Origin: Octopus bimaculoides
Taxonomy: Eukaryota
Assembly: GCF_001194135.2 (NCBI RefSeq)
Contig: NC_069001.1
Span: 19,505,213 to 19,540,761 of the forward strand
Reading direction: 5' to 3'
Length of the DNA stretch: 35,549 nucleotides
Positions 1 to 12,587 of the stretch are shown here, piece by piece (within the stretch, counting starts at the first letter, position 1; each line of letters opens with the position of its first letter). Made by a program: the position numbers and the translations under genes. Under the pieces are notes generated by a model that ran no database searches, was not told where the DNA came from, and saw only the letters and a list, made by a program, of their open reading frames with translations.

Positions 1-1967
1 GCTATGACATCGAGGACATGAGGGCGTATATAGCTGATAAAGAACACAACCGATGGAGGACCAACTGGGTGTTTATGACACCATTATTTCGAGCATTGAA
101 AATGAAAGAGGCGGTCTTTTCTTTGTGGATGCTGCAGGTGGACCTGGCAAAACATTTGTCACCAACGTTCTTCTAGATAAACTGCACCAAATGAAACACA
201 TTGCCATAGCAGTGGCGTCAAGTGGAATAGCTGCAACTCTGCTTAGTGGTGGTTGCACAGCTCATTCCTGTCTCAAACTCCTTTGGGCCTGTCCAAGAAA
301 GAGAAGGCAAACTGCAATATCAGTTGTGAATCTATAAAAGGCAGACTTCTGGGTGAATGCAGGTTAATCATCTGGGATGAAGCAACAATGTGCCATAAGG
401 TTTTCTTTGAAGCTCTTGACATGGCCCTTCAGGATCTGAGACACAACACCAGGCTCATGGGAGGTTCCACAGTCATGCTAGCAGTAGATTTTAGACAAAC
501 CCTTCCAGTGGTTCCAAAGGGCACAAGAAGTAAATGCCAGCATAAAGTCGTCCTACCTATGGAGCAGTGTGCAAAAGCTAAGACTCACAACCAACATGAA
601 AGTGCAGCTCTGTGGTGATGATGCAGACAGAACCTTTTCAAAGCAACTGTTGGACGTCGATGATGGCACTTCGGATGGCGAGAAGGTTGGCCGGATAAGC
701 TTGCCTTTTGGACATATGATATCTGATTTAAAGGAACTAATGAACAAGGTGTTTCCTAACCCGAGGAACCAGTTTACATACCACAACTGGCTGAAAACCC
801 GTGCCATTTTAGCTCCAAAGAATGTGGGAGTTGATGGTTTGAACTTTAAACTTCTGGAACAGTTGCCAGGTGAGCTCCACATCGACAATTCCATTGACAC
901 TGTACTCAACACTGATGAAGCTGTGAATTATCCAGTTGAATTCTGGCCTCCCACCTTACAACTTGCACCTCAAAATTGGGGCACCAGGTATGCTACTTTG
1001 AAACCTCAATCCACCAAAGCTTTGCAATGACACACGACTTTTGACTGGTAAAGCAAGCGGTGGGCCTGTATTCATTCCTAGAATTCAACTTATTCCCTTG
1101 GATATGCCTTTCCAGTACAAGCACCTGCAATTCCCGTTGAAATTGAGCTTTGCAATGAGGATTAACAAGGCCCAGAGACAGTCCTTGAACATGGTAGGTT
1201 TGAACCTTGCGGAACCAGTTTTCTCCCATGGCCAACTTTGTGTGGGATGCTCAAGTGTCGGCAATCTTAATTATTTGTTTATTTATGCCCCAGAATGAAA
1301 GAAGAAAAATGTTGTTTATCAAGCTCTGCAAATTTAATAAGATTCACCAAATCATCAGGTATTTATATTTTAACTGTAATATTTATAAGTGTTGTAAATG
1401 CATTGATAATCTACATGTTATTTTATTTTTAAATCTACATGCAGATTTATTTGTATGTAAAACTAAATGTCAATCTGTTTCTACATTCATTGTAAATCTA
1501 TTTCAACACTAGCACCCCTAAGGGTTATATTCCTTGGGAATGCACAAAAGCCCTTTTTAGAGCTATATACTTTGAATTGTTATTATCTCATATTTGATTA
1601 GCCTGTTGTTACGTAACATGCTTCATGATTTTAGTATACCTACCTTATTGGTATTTCCTCCTAAGTTCTATATACTCTGGGAATGCATTAAAGCCCTTTT
1701 TGGGGATACTTTATTTGAATTCTTACTATCGGGTAACTAATTTCCTGTTATTACATAACTGACTTCACAATTTGGGTATTCATAACTTATTGGGAATTCT
1801 TAAAAACAAAATCCTGGGTAAGACAGGTTGGTATTCTCTGTAAATGCACAAAAACCATTTTAAGGTCTACATACTTTGTATTATTATTATTGAATTAGCA
1901 AAACAATTGAGAACAGAACCAAGGGATAAGCCCCACTTTTCCGGAAATTACCGGGTATGTCAGCTAG
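1..1967 (+). mobile_element. 3' part of a decayed autonomous Helitron (Pif1-family helicase pseudogene, 3' UTR and terminus)
   Basis: Frameshifted helicase motifs: GGPGKT (Walker A), SSGIAATLL, IIWDEATM, DFRQTLPVV, QFPLKLSFAMRINKAQRQSL, FSHGQL, ending KNVVYQALQI* at 1337. Terminus: ccgg-aaatta-ccgg hairpin at 1941-1954, then CTAG (1964-1967) followed by T. Confidence 0.92.
1524..1890 (+). repeat. Degenerate tandem repeat of about 3 units of 143-161 bp in the Helitron 3' UTR
   Basis: The motif tatattc..gggaatgcacaaaagccctttt...tactttgaattgtta recurs near 1536, 1679 and 1840. Confidence 0.7.
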
Positions 1968-2752
1968 TAAACCACTAAGTGTTTGCTCCACATATATCTT
2001 CACCAATGAGGTTAATATTTCTCCTGCAGAAAACAAGGTACTTCTGCAAAAAACTCAGTTTTTAGAAGTTGATGGCTCACCTTCATCTGCTCAACCTCAG
2101 TCTTATTCTAACAAACACGTCACTCAATTCAAAATCCTCTTCATTCCTTTCCAGTTGACCTCTTGATAACACACCTAGTTTTTATTCATTATTTTTGTTT
2201 AGCTCTGGATTAGCCTAACAGAACAATGATCAAATCATCCTGACCATGACCATTCCATTTTCAGACACATCTAGGACCACATTATCCAACGTGTTCTTTG
2301 TTTTTATCTACATTTCTTTCCTGTTTCTTCCTTTTCATTTTCCTCCGTTCTTTTTTATTTCCTTCCATCCTTCCTTCCAAACTTCATCTCTGTTGGATTG
2401 CCAAACTTAGGGTAACATCCTTTTTTTCCCCCCTGATCTACTTTTCTAGGGAAATCTAGCATCTGATTTTAGTAAGTCAAACGACCCCACAGAAATTTTC
2501 TCTCTTTAGTTTTTGACTAAGTTGTTTCACATTTTATTTTGATAGATCTAACATACCCCACAGTTTCACGCCACTACCTTTAGCAGTACTCACTCTGTTT
2601 CAAGCCCACATTTTCTCCGCAGATGTTGAAGTTGAACATCAATCACATAAATCTAGGAGGATCTGCAAATATAAACACTATCTTTCTTCCTCTGACCAAC
2701 TGATACAAAAACTTTAAATCAGTCAACAGATAATTATAATTTGGAAACATAC

Positions 2753-2847
2753 CGCTTGCTTTTAATTTTGTTTTTCCATTGCTGCTTAATTTCTTGGTAA
2801 TTTAACAAGGCTTTATATTTCATCAACTCACTTCGCCGTATTTGGGC
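2753..2847 (-). CDS. UTP14: UTP14 coding exon 8: AQIRRSELMKYKALLNYQEIKQQWKNKIKSK(R); the gene continues left of the window
   Basis: ttttctctttcag| acceptor, |GTATGT donor, 95 nt, phase 0 to 2; matches AKMRRAELQRARALQSYYEAKARREKKIKSKK. Confidence 0.93.
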
Positions 2848-4131
2848 CTGAAAGAGAAAATAATCTCGTATTTGGACAAGTTCTTATCAATTACATGCAC
2901 ATAGGAACTTTGCACACCAGTTTTTCATGTAAGCAAGTTGACTAGCCCTTTGCTTAACCTTTCTCCATTTCAAAAGGAAGGGACAATGTCAGTGGTATCC
3001 TCCGATTCTTCTTACAGTGTAACATAGCCAATGCTGTAACAGAGAGAAGAATCAATTCCATCCAGAAAAGAGGAAAACCAAAATTAATCTTGGTGAGATT
3101 TGAACTCATAAAAGGAAAAAAAATACAAGGCATTCTACCTTACGCTCAAACTTCTCTGCCAATCTACCATCTATTTCACTTTGTGAATTAGGGGATCTAA
3201 ATGTGTGTGATGTGTGCAAATCTTCCAACCAGCCACAGAAATAGAAGATTCTGTAAGCAGATGAGAGACAATATTCTCTTTTCTCACTAAATAAGATGCT
3301 AATATATTCCAGACAAACATACCTCACAAAAAAAAAATGTTTTATACCTATTTCTTTAACTTAATAAAAAGAGGTAAGAAAAATGCTTTGTTCTTACAAG
3401 TATAATGAAATGCTTAAGATCGAAAATAAATTTGTGACCAAAGACTTGCTAGCTGGATAATTTATCCAACTGGCAACTATATGTATATTACAAATATCAC
3501 AAAAACCAAAATGAGACTTTAAAGGTAAGAGCTAAGCACACCCCACCACACCTGTTTTTTTTTTTTAATTACTAACAGGATAAACCCTAGTATAGACACC
3601 AGTCTATTACAAGTCCTAAATGATCTGGTAATTATTCTTACAATTAAGGTGAACTAAGGCTATAGTGTACTATTCCAGAAACACTATGAAGAGAGAGAAA
3701 TATCTCCTGCAATAGAAGAACAGTCTATCATAGAAAATACTCCTAAATGACGAAGGAGCGATTCTTATCAACAGCTGGCTATTGCATTGAGATATTGTAC
3801 AATATATTATACTGCCACAAAGAAAACAATATGAGATAAATTTCTTCTTGGATATCAAACCAGTAATATTTCTTGATGATGTAATAGCTAGTCTTACTGA
3901 CAGCTATGTGGACAGAATTAAATAGAATATAGGAAACCAGACAAGAGACACTGACGAGAGATACAAGTGTCTATCTAAGATAGTAATTCCTGATGATTTG
4001 CTGCTACCTATTAATAGACAAGCTAAGTGAACTGAGGATTGAAGAAATTTTGTAAAATACATCAGCAGTTACGGTAATAATAAAAAATCCACATATACAC
4101 ATGGATATATATATATTTGCATAACTATATA

Positions 4132-5438
4132 CAGAGTGTTTGGGTTAAACTTGACAGTTTGCATAAAAGGAAAAGAAAACAATATCCCATCCAAAAATAA
4201 AGGTATTTTAAAAAATCAAAAAATATCAATTAGATATGGCTAGGAGATAATCTACTAAAAGTAACTATCTTCTGCTTCTACCATGGCCTCAACACAGCCC
4301 CAGAATTTAGCACATGCATTCCTCACTGTGTCCCTAGGAAGACCTTCAAACACTTCTTTGATCTTAGCCACCTGCTCAGCCTTGGTGTTGCATGTAGAGT
4401 AGTTCATGTATTTCTCAACCATGTCCCACAGATATTCATGGGACATATATTGGGGGGAATTAGTAAGTCAGAAATAAGGGCTGGTGAAGTTATAGAAATT
4501 CTCCAAAAACCACTTCTGACTCTTTCTAGAGGAATGGCAAGGAGCCAAATCCTGCTGCCACACAGAAGACCTTCCAGAAGCAACTTTCTCAAACCAGGAT
4601 TTGACCAGTCTCCAACAGCTTCACAAAGCTGCCTAAATTGAGCCCAAGGCCCTGTTCAAAGATGAGGGATAGTATGATATCACTGTCACTGGAGACACAC
4701 CTAAAACCATCACAGTTTGGGAGTAATTGGTTTTCATGACATGTAGGACATCACATGGATTGTAGGCAAGCTATGTGTTGCTCTGGATGTTGTGCAACTC
4801 GTCCTGACAGTTCTTTTCATCTGAGAAGAACCAAATCATCCCTGGCTCAACAGGATGCTCCAGCTTGTTCAGGAGCTTCTTTACTTTCGTCAAGTAGTTC
4901 TCCTTGCCTTGGCCGTCAGAATTTGTCCCTTACACATCTTGTAAAGGTGGTGGCTAAGGTCCTCATTCGGGACCAGCTTCATAGTAGCAATTCCAACATC
5001 CATTTCTCTTGCTAAAGCTCAGATTCCATTGCTTGGAGCTCGGATCTTCCATCACTTAGTTCCACAGTGGTTGGATGAATTCTGAAATGCAGATGCAGTC
5101 AGAAAGCCAGCTGTGCCTCTACCTGCAGGCTACAGCTTTGGTGTCTCCGTTGCTGCAGCTGTCCATATCACATTTTACATCCTTTACAGTGTTCACAGAG
5201 CACTGAGCAGCAGTTATGATGTCAGTGTTTTGATACCCAGTGCAAATCATCATGATATAGGTAACTCTTTTCCAATATCCAGATGCCTTCAGCTAATTTT
5301 TTCAACTACAATTTTAATCTTCATGCTCACCAACATTATTGATGGTTCACCAATACATCAAGCTATTCCTGAAAAAAGAAGAAATTAAAAAAAAAAATTG
5401 CAAAATTTACACACATGAAAGCACACTCACATACCCAG
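4132..5438 (-). mobile_element. Tc1/mariner-superfamily (IS630-Tc1-mariner) transposon relic, about 1.3 kb, transposase disrupted
   Basis: Minus-strand fragments: MICTGYQNTDIITAAQCSVNTVK, AREMDVG...WFFSDEKN, MKTNYSQTVMVLGV, and C-terminal LWDMVEK...RNACAKFWGCVEAMVEAEDSYF*. TA flanks with degenerate TIRs (TACAGAGTGTTTGGGT vs TACTGGGTATGTGAGT). Confidence 0.82.
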
Positions 5439-5689
5439 TATATACTGAGTGACTTTTGAAGGACTAATGCTTTTGTCTTATTTTTATCCATATAGATAGA
5501 ACATTAGTCTCTCTCTTATAATATCCCCCAAAAGAATGACAGGAGCCTATTGCACATAGCATGGAGTGCCAGTGGAATTTGAACTCAAAAGGTAAACTTA
5601 GCTGAACATCACATGCTATTTTGTCAAACACTCCACTGATTCTTCCAATCCTCTGCTCTTCCTTCATAATAATAAATAATAAAGGCTTC

Positions 5690-6200
5690 CAATTAGGCAA
5701 ACTGTCAGCAACTCTGAGGAGAGAAAATTAGTTGATTACCATCAGTAGTTGACTGGTACTTACTGACCCCAGAAAATTTAAAACAAAATTGATCCCCAAA
5801 ACAAATACCACAAAATATTATCTACAATAATTCTTTCTAATTTTGGCAGAGGAGAGTACTTAACAGGAAAAAATGAACGGTAAAGTCAAACTCAGTGGAT
5901 TTTAACTCAGAATGTGTCCAACATGCTAATGATTCTAGCAGTTCATCACCCTTATTATTTATGATACCTTTTATTTCCTACAAGAACCAGATACATATAA
6001 AAATTTCTGTAACAAGGCCTCATATTTGGGGAAGGAGTACAGTTAATTTTACTGATACCAATATATGACTGGTATTTTATCAATCCTGAAAGGATTAAAA
6101 AGCAAAGTTTACTTCAGTAGGATTTGAAATTAGAACATAAGTTGTAACTAAATATTAAATGACATTTATCTGTCACTCTGACACTTCTGCTAATCCAACA
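5690..6200 (+). repeat. Two degenerate copies of an abundant interspersed repeat (core ...gattaccatc...ggtact...ctgaaagga...gatttgaactcagaa...)
   Basis: Mutual similarity and similarity to 6950-7340; further copies near 3060-3170, 7800-7920 and 18740-18850, and reversed at 19380-19750. Confidence 0.65.
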
Positions 6201-6949
6201 ATAATTAGCAAGACCCATGGAAATTTCAGGATGTAAGTCAGCATATTTGAAAACATTGTTAATATATTAAACACAAGTAAAGAATTTCAAAAATATTCTA
6301 CCATTTAATCAAAATGGTACATTGAAATGTAATTGAAATGAACTTAGAAGGTACTGCTTATTTACGTTATTTTATGTGTTTAATAGATATGATGTGCTTT
6401 ATAGTTTAAGGAAATAGAAGATGAATTAAAATAAAACATTTTCATATATATATAAAAATAAACTACACTTTTTGAAGTCCAACCAAGACCAAGGCTCATA
6501 TTATTTTCGTTTCTTTTCATTTCATTTCCACTATCTCACATATCTAATGATATATCTACAGACTCACCTACATACATGTTTAGCTAGCTAGCTAATTAAC
6601 TATCATATCCATTTTCCCTTCTGTTGATGCCTGTATTCTCATTATACTGATAACAATTCAAACCTAATAACAAAACAATAATAATAATGGCAGTACCCCA
6701 GCTTGGCCACAAACTTTGATCTGAAACATGTAAAAGATAAAAGTATAACATCCACAGCTATTTGCTAAGTTTATTTCACTTTAATTTAACTACCTATTGA
6801 TATATCTTTTAATGCATAAATTGAAAGATCTTCTTGACATTGTTTCATTACACATTTCAAATGTACCTGAGATTTGAACATACAAATGCAGAATAATATA
6901 GATCTTCACCATCTCTCTCTCTCTCTCTCTTATATATATATATCCCTTA

Positions 6950-7340
6950 TTAGGCAAACGGCCAGCCATGTAGAAACAAAAGGACTGAAATTTTGGGGAA
7001 AGTGGCAAGTTGATTACCTCAACCACAGTGCTCAACTGGTACTTATTTTATCGACCTTGAAAAGATGAAAAGGTAAATTCAATATAAATGAGATCTGAAC
7101 CCCAGAATGTAAAACCAAAAGAAAAGCCACTTTAATGATTTGAAATTTTGCCACAAGGGCAGCATTTTCAAGGTGGGGGATAAGTCGATTACATCGACCC
7201 CAGTGTTTCATGGGTACTAAATTTATCAACCCTGAAAGGATGAAAGGCAAAGTTGACCTTGGCAGAATTTGAACTCAGAACATAGAGACAGATAAAATAC
7301 TACTAAGCATTTTGCCTGGCATGCTAACAATTCTGCCAGA
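6950..7340 (+). repeat. Two head-to-tail copies of the same interspersed repeat family (probably SINE-related)
   Basis: gattacctcaaccacagtgctcaactggtacttattttatcgaccttgaaaagatgaaaaggtaaa (about 7012) vs gattacatcgaccccagtgtttcatgggtactaaatttatcaaccctgaaaggatgaaaggcaaa (about 7189). Confidence 0.75.
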
Positions 7341-7439
7341 TCATCGTAAGGAAAAAGAAGAAGAAGAAAAAGAAGAGGAGGTGGAGGAATCAGAGAGTGC
7401 AAATCCACCAACGTCCTCTGAACGATTAGCCAGAGATGA

Positions 7440-7731
7440 TTTTTAAAATGAGAATATCTGAAATAAACTTGACTGCTCTCACAAATGAGAATACTAAAAA
7501 TGGACCTGACCACTCTCAAAAATTAAGTAAAAAAACAAAAATAATCCAGAATCCTTGTCTAGTACTGGATTGATCCCAAAATCTAATCAGTTCCTCCCAG
7601 TCACAAGGCCAAACATCCTTGAAAGTTTCATCCAAATCCATCTAGCAGTTCTTGAGATATCTTGTCCATGGACAAATAAACAAACATAACTGAAAACAAT
7701 ACCCCCACCTTCGCTAAGGTGGAGGTAATAA
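7440..7731 (-). mobile_element. Non-autonomous Helentron/DINE-1-like (HINE-type) element
   Basis: Minus strand begins ttattacctccaccttagcgaaggtgg (stem ccacctt/aaggtgg at 7705-7722), then gtttgtttatttg..., gatggatttggatgaaactt..., tagattttgggatcaatcc; this layout is typical of HINEs. Left boundary is approximate. Confidence 0.65.
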
Positions 7732-8009
7732 TATTTGGTCTGCAGGCACAAGCTCATAGGCAAAAGTCCACAAAAATACAAATAACTAGAATGACTCTAG
7801 AATTTGGCAGGTGATCATTTTATCAAACCAGGCGGATAAAGTTATCAGCAGGATTCAAAAACAGAATATAAACAGGCATCATGAAATACCATAAGTCTAT
7901 GGTCTGAAAATTCAACCACTAACCAATCTCATTATTAATAGTAATAAAAAATATAAGACCTAATAATAACATAAAACATTATATAATTAATAAACAAGAT
8001 AGCTTTTAC

Positions 8010-8132
8010 CTTCTTAAGATCCATTGCTTTCAAAGCACGTTGTTCAACTCTTGATAGAGGCTGGCAATCAGTCGGCATGTGTTCATCTCCATGAAGTAGC
8101 TTATACACCTCAAGCTCAAGAGAATTGTGAGG
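8010..8132 (-). CDS. UTP14: UTP14 coding exon 7: PHNSLELEVYKLLHGDEHMPTDCQPLSRVEQRALKAMDLKK
   Basis: gtctttcccag| acceptor, |GTAAAA donor, 123 nt; matches RTPLEQEIFNLLH...PLLTPVEKASLRAMSLEE. Confidence 0.93.
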
Positions 8133-8271
8133 CTGGGAAAGACATGACAAATGATAACAATAAAATGATTTATAATACATGGGCACAAGGCTACAAATTA
8201 AAATATCTGAGCTCAGCATGTAACCAAATATCACAGTGAATTTCATGCGATAGTATACTGATCTTACAAGC

Positions 8272-8274
<3 letters not shown>

Positions 8275-8304
<30 letters not shown>
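8275..8304. repeat. (GT)n microsatellite
   Basis: Directly visible. Confidence 0.97.
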
Positions 8305-8308
<4 letters not shown>

Positions 8309-8709
8309 GCACATAAACGTTCGCTTACTTTTGTGCTTCTCTGAAAATCACTCAGCTACTTCCAAATCCACTGTCAACAAGTCATCCACTGACTTTGCAC
8401 CTTTAAAGGCATGTGGAATAAGACCTTAGAGTTTGTGACAGGAAAGGCACCTGGTTGTAAAACAAGGCCTAAATAATATATGTCTAACCCATGCTAGCAT
8501 GGTAAAATAGAACCATAAGGATGTGTAAATAATCCAACCCAAGAAACTATAAAAGAAACACTAAATGTGGAATAATAATAATAAAAGCTTAATTTTTGCT
8601 GAGTGGGTGATTACAAAAACTTAATTAGATTAGGTTGTGATTGGGGAGAGTCATAATGCCTTTGTATCGAATACACTCACCAGTCCAATTTTCACTCCTT
8701 TATTATTAT

Positions 8710-9051
8710 TTTTTTTTGTCTTCCAAAAATTTACGTTGTTTTTGCAACTTGGAGCTACATTACTTTTGCATCTAAGACTCTGTTACATGTGTGTGCATGT
8801 GTGCACACCAGTGTACTTGTGTGAGCACGTATGCATGTATGTATGTATTCTGCATATTCATGTGTTTGTGCATGCTCGTGTATGTGCGTGTGTGTCTATT
8901 TGTGTGTAGCTCTGCTTCCTTGCGTGTTTGTCTGTGTCTATGTGTATGAGTTTATGATTATATACGTGCATCTGTTATGTATAGATGTGTCTCTATGTCT
9001 TTGTGTGTATGCATGTGTATATATATCGTCATGTGTTTCTGTCTGCTTTTG
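8710..9051 (-). mobile_element. Penelope-like element, arm A distal part (3' UTR with TG/TA microsatellites), separated from the rest of arm A by the Gypsy insertion
   Basis: Reverse-complement homology to about 13590-13990 (gtcttcc.aaaattt; gtattctgc.tattcatgtgtttgtg; tgtgtagctctgcttccttgc). Confidence 0.8.
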
Positions 9052-9300
9052 TGTTATGATGTTTTACTGTGATTGCAGTCTTCTGGTATAATCATTTAAC
9101 AACTATCAATCCACCAACATGTAATTCCAATATCCCTTCTCAAATGACTTCTAATGACTGTTTTTACACAGCATCTGCACATACCACACTGTTTTTTGTA
9201 TCTCCAGCACACATGCATACTTATACAATTTAGAATCATCTAGCACATTTTCTCTTTTTAAGTTCGACTTTCCGAGAGTCAATACTTCTATTTATTACCA
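9052..9300 (-). repeat. 3' LTR of the Gypsy element
   Basis: Ends CATAACA on the minus strand; preceded by the PPT; about 190 bp similar to 12588-12776. Confidence 0.85.
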
Positions 9301-12300
9301 CCTTTCTCCCCCGCCTACTTTTTTTTTTTACTTCCTTAAGGAGAAATTGGAATATTTTTTTCTTTTTGGTTCAATTTTCAACATTTCTGTCTGCTTTCTT
9401 TTCCTAGATGATGTACACAATGGTTCAACTATTTCTTGCGGTATCAGAACATTAAACATTTCATAGAGAAATTCCATTGGCTCTTCTTGCCTTATCTTTT
9501 CTTCTGTAAATCTTTTTTTTTTTTTAAGTTCAGATGTCTCTTGTGTTCCCCATGTATTCCCTTTTACCATATATGTTATTCTTCCTAAATGCTTAATTTT
9601 TTTCCTTCTTCCTAACTTTGCCCTTTTTATATTTTTTAAAAAACACTGTCACCTATATTGAAATACTTCATTTTACTTTCAGTGTTTCTCTGTATTTTTT
9701 GTTTTCTTTCCAGTAGTAGTTTATCAAATACTGACCTGACTTCCCTGGCAAACATTAATTCAGCTGGCGACATACCCGACTCTGTGTTGGGGTTAGGTGT
9801 TATTCTGTAGACACGCAAGAATTGAGTCAATGTAGTATCCACTAATAATAATAGTTTTCCTTTCTCTTAAATGTGTCTATGAAACGTTCCATATGTTCAT
9901 TGGTTCTTGGATGGTATGGTGGGGTGGTAACATGCTCTATTGAATGCATTTTACAAAAGTTTTTAAATTCCTTTGCTGTGAACTGTGTTCCGTTATCAGA
10001 CACAATAGTGTCTAGAACATAAAATTGTGCAAAAAGTTAATCCAAAAATTCTATTATTTTAGAGGTTGGCTTTCTGCATTTACATATTTCTGGCCATTCC
10101 GTGTAACTATCTACAACTACTAGATAAATTCACACCATTTAGTGGCCCTGCAAAGTCTAGATGCAATTTAGACCAAGGTATGTCCGTCTTTGGCCACAAC
10201 TGAATTTTTATTGGTGGTGCTTTTGCTACTAGGGAACAATCCCTGCAGGCTTTAACCAGTTTTTAAATATCCTGATCCATATCCAGCCAGTAAATATAGC
10301 TTCTCAATAAGTACCTTCATCCTCCCAATTCCTGACGTGAAATTCTTTTAACATCCAATTTTGTAAAGAAACAGGTACTACAACCCCTTTTGAGCATACA
10401 TCAATACATCGTTGCATATCGAATAGCATTTTGATTCCATGTTACACTCAGCTACATAAATTTTTATCTTTGTCTCAGACTTTACTATTTCTTTCATTTT
10501 ATTTATAAACACATCTTTCTCTGCTTCATTTTTTAATTTGTCTAATGTGACTGGTAGTTCGTGCACTACATTGCAGAATATATTTATTATTTCCATTTCA
10601 GATTTTAGTGCTGCTATTACTGTCTCCTCTAACAGTTCATTGTGCTTAGGGATCAATCTTGACAGTCCGCACATGTCCCAGTTTTTCGATGGTAGAAATT
10701 CCAACTTAAAATCATAATTTAGCAGGATCATCCCCCAGCGCTGCAACCGGTTGGCTGTGTGTGTGTAGGGATACCCTTTTCCGATTTGTTAATTGGTAAC
10801 AATAGGTGGTGATCTGTTTGCAGACTGAATTCCCTTCCATGTATAAATTTGTGAAATTTTTCACTGCAAAGATAATGGCTAGTGCCTCCTTCTCAATTTG
10901 GTTATAGACCTTTTCAGCCGATAAGAATGAATGCGATGCCTGTGCGATAGGTTTTAAACTACTGTTTTCAAACTTGTGTAGAATTATCGCTCTAATCCCA
11001 TTATCACTAGCATCTGACGCTACTACTATTTTTAGTTTTGGATCATAATGTGATAATGACAGCTCTGATGTTAAAACCTTTTTAATTTCTTCGAATGCCT
11101 TTTGGCATCTGTCAGACCAATACCATTTAACATCTTTTTTAATAGGTTGTTTGGGGGTGCTCTTAGCTCATGCATGTTCAGTATATACGTTTGATAATAA
11201 TTTGAAAACCCCCAAGAACACTTATAATGTTGCAATATTTTCCGGCAGTAGCATATCTTTTTATCACCATCGCTCTTGCAAGATCTGGTCAGCGACCCTT
11301 TTTATCAATCACTTGTCCCAGATACTTTATTTCTAGCATAAAAAACACGCACTTTTCTTCACTCAGTTTAAATCTATACCCCTTTATCTTCTCAAAAACC
11401 ATTTTAACATGTTCCTCATGCTGGTGTCTAGACTCACTTTTTATGAGTATGTCATCCAAATACGCTATAGCAAAACCAGTATCCGCAAACATAGTGTCCA
11501 CCTGTTGAAAAATACTAGGTGTGGCCTTTAACCCAAAAGGAAGTCTGTTAAACTTGTGTGTTTATAGTTAGCAGTTTCAAACATTCCTCATCAACTTGTA
11601 AGTACACCTCCGACAAATCAGTTTTGAAAAGAATTTACCTCCATTAAGCTTGGCAAAAATTTCCTCTGGACTTAGCAAAGGGTAATTATATGTCCTCAGA
11701 CATTCATTCAAACCAGTTGAAAAGTCAGCACAGACCCTTATTTTATTATTTTTCTTCTTTACATAGACAGTTGGCTTTTATTTTATCCTTGTTTATTATA
11801 GGTCGACATGCCTGTATATTTATGTCGTCCCTTTCAATTTTTTCTGTGTCTTGTAGATTAATTATCCTTTGGCATTCTTCCGCCATTGTTTGTAAAGTTA
11901 ATTTAGTATCTTATTAATATTCAAGCTCATATTTCCCCATCTTTACTTGCAGTTAATCCTTTTAAGAAGATTAAATATTTGAACATGTCTGGAGTCAACT
12001 TGCTTAGCTTGAATTTTTCACATTCTTTGTTTATGATACCTGCATATGTAACAAAGTCATGTTTCATTCTTTTTCAAATTCAGGTATTCCCAGCGAATGT
12101 TAAATAATGAAATCCTTTCACTGAATATCTTTGCTAATAGGCTAATTGTTTCCTCAAAACAAATTTCTGGCGGTTTCCTTGGCAAGATGAAATTGCAGTA
12201 TTTTTTGTTCTGCCAGTGCTAATTTTCATAAAAGAAGCCTTACCTTCTTTTCATCTGTCCAACTTTTACATTCTTCCTTAAATATTTCTCCATACCTGCT

Positions 12301-12587
12301 AAAGTATGCTGAAAACGTAATCCCTTCTTCAGGATTATAGACAAATTCCTCTATTGAATTAACTATTCCATCTGCTGAAAACAAACCGGAGATGTTCTTC
12401 AACTGAATCAATAATTCTAACAGCTGCTGAGTTTGGTGGTGTTGTTGCTAACAGTTCTTCCATGCTAAGAATTTTGAATGTCTTACTATTATGAAGTGCA
12501 TAAAATTAGAATCCTTACCACCACTTGTACAAAGTGAGAGGATTTTTTATATTTTCCACTGTGAGTAGTATCTCATCCTCATCGCCA

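Noticed and set aside
2560-2700. Possible ninth UTP14 exon (tttgcag| acceptor near 2670)
   Set aside because: The required phase-2 frame stops after two codons and lacks the expected YH(R/K) sequence; the next exon is probably left of the window.
3660-3860. Protein-like + strand text (EEREISPAIEEQSIIENTPK*...)
   Set aside because: Multiple stops, no splice sites and no recognisable motif.
3870-4040. TGATGA...CTGA pairs resembling box C/D snoRNAs
   Set aside because: They are on the strand opposite the host gene, the spacing is too short (about 25-45 nt) and there is no terminal stem.
8637-9091. Cys/Val-rich ORFs (also 13390-13968, 13485-13991, 29281-30222)
   Set aside because: They are translations of TG/TA microsatellites in TE UTRs, not metallothionein-like or other real proteins.
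9328-9570. Lys-rich minus-strand ORF that could be a UTP14 exon
   Set aside because: It lies between the integrase and the PPT of the Gypsy element; UTP14 exons 6 and 7 already join in frame without it.
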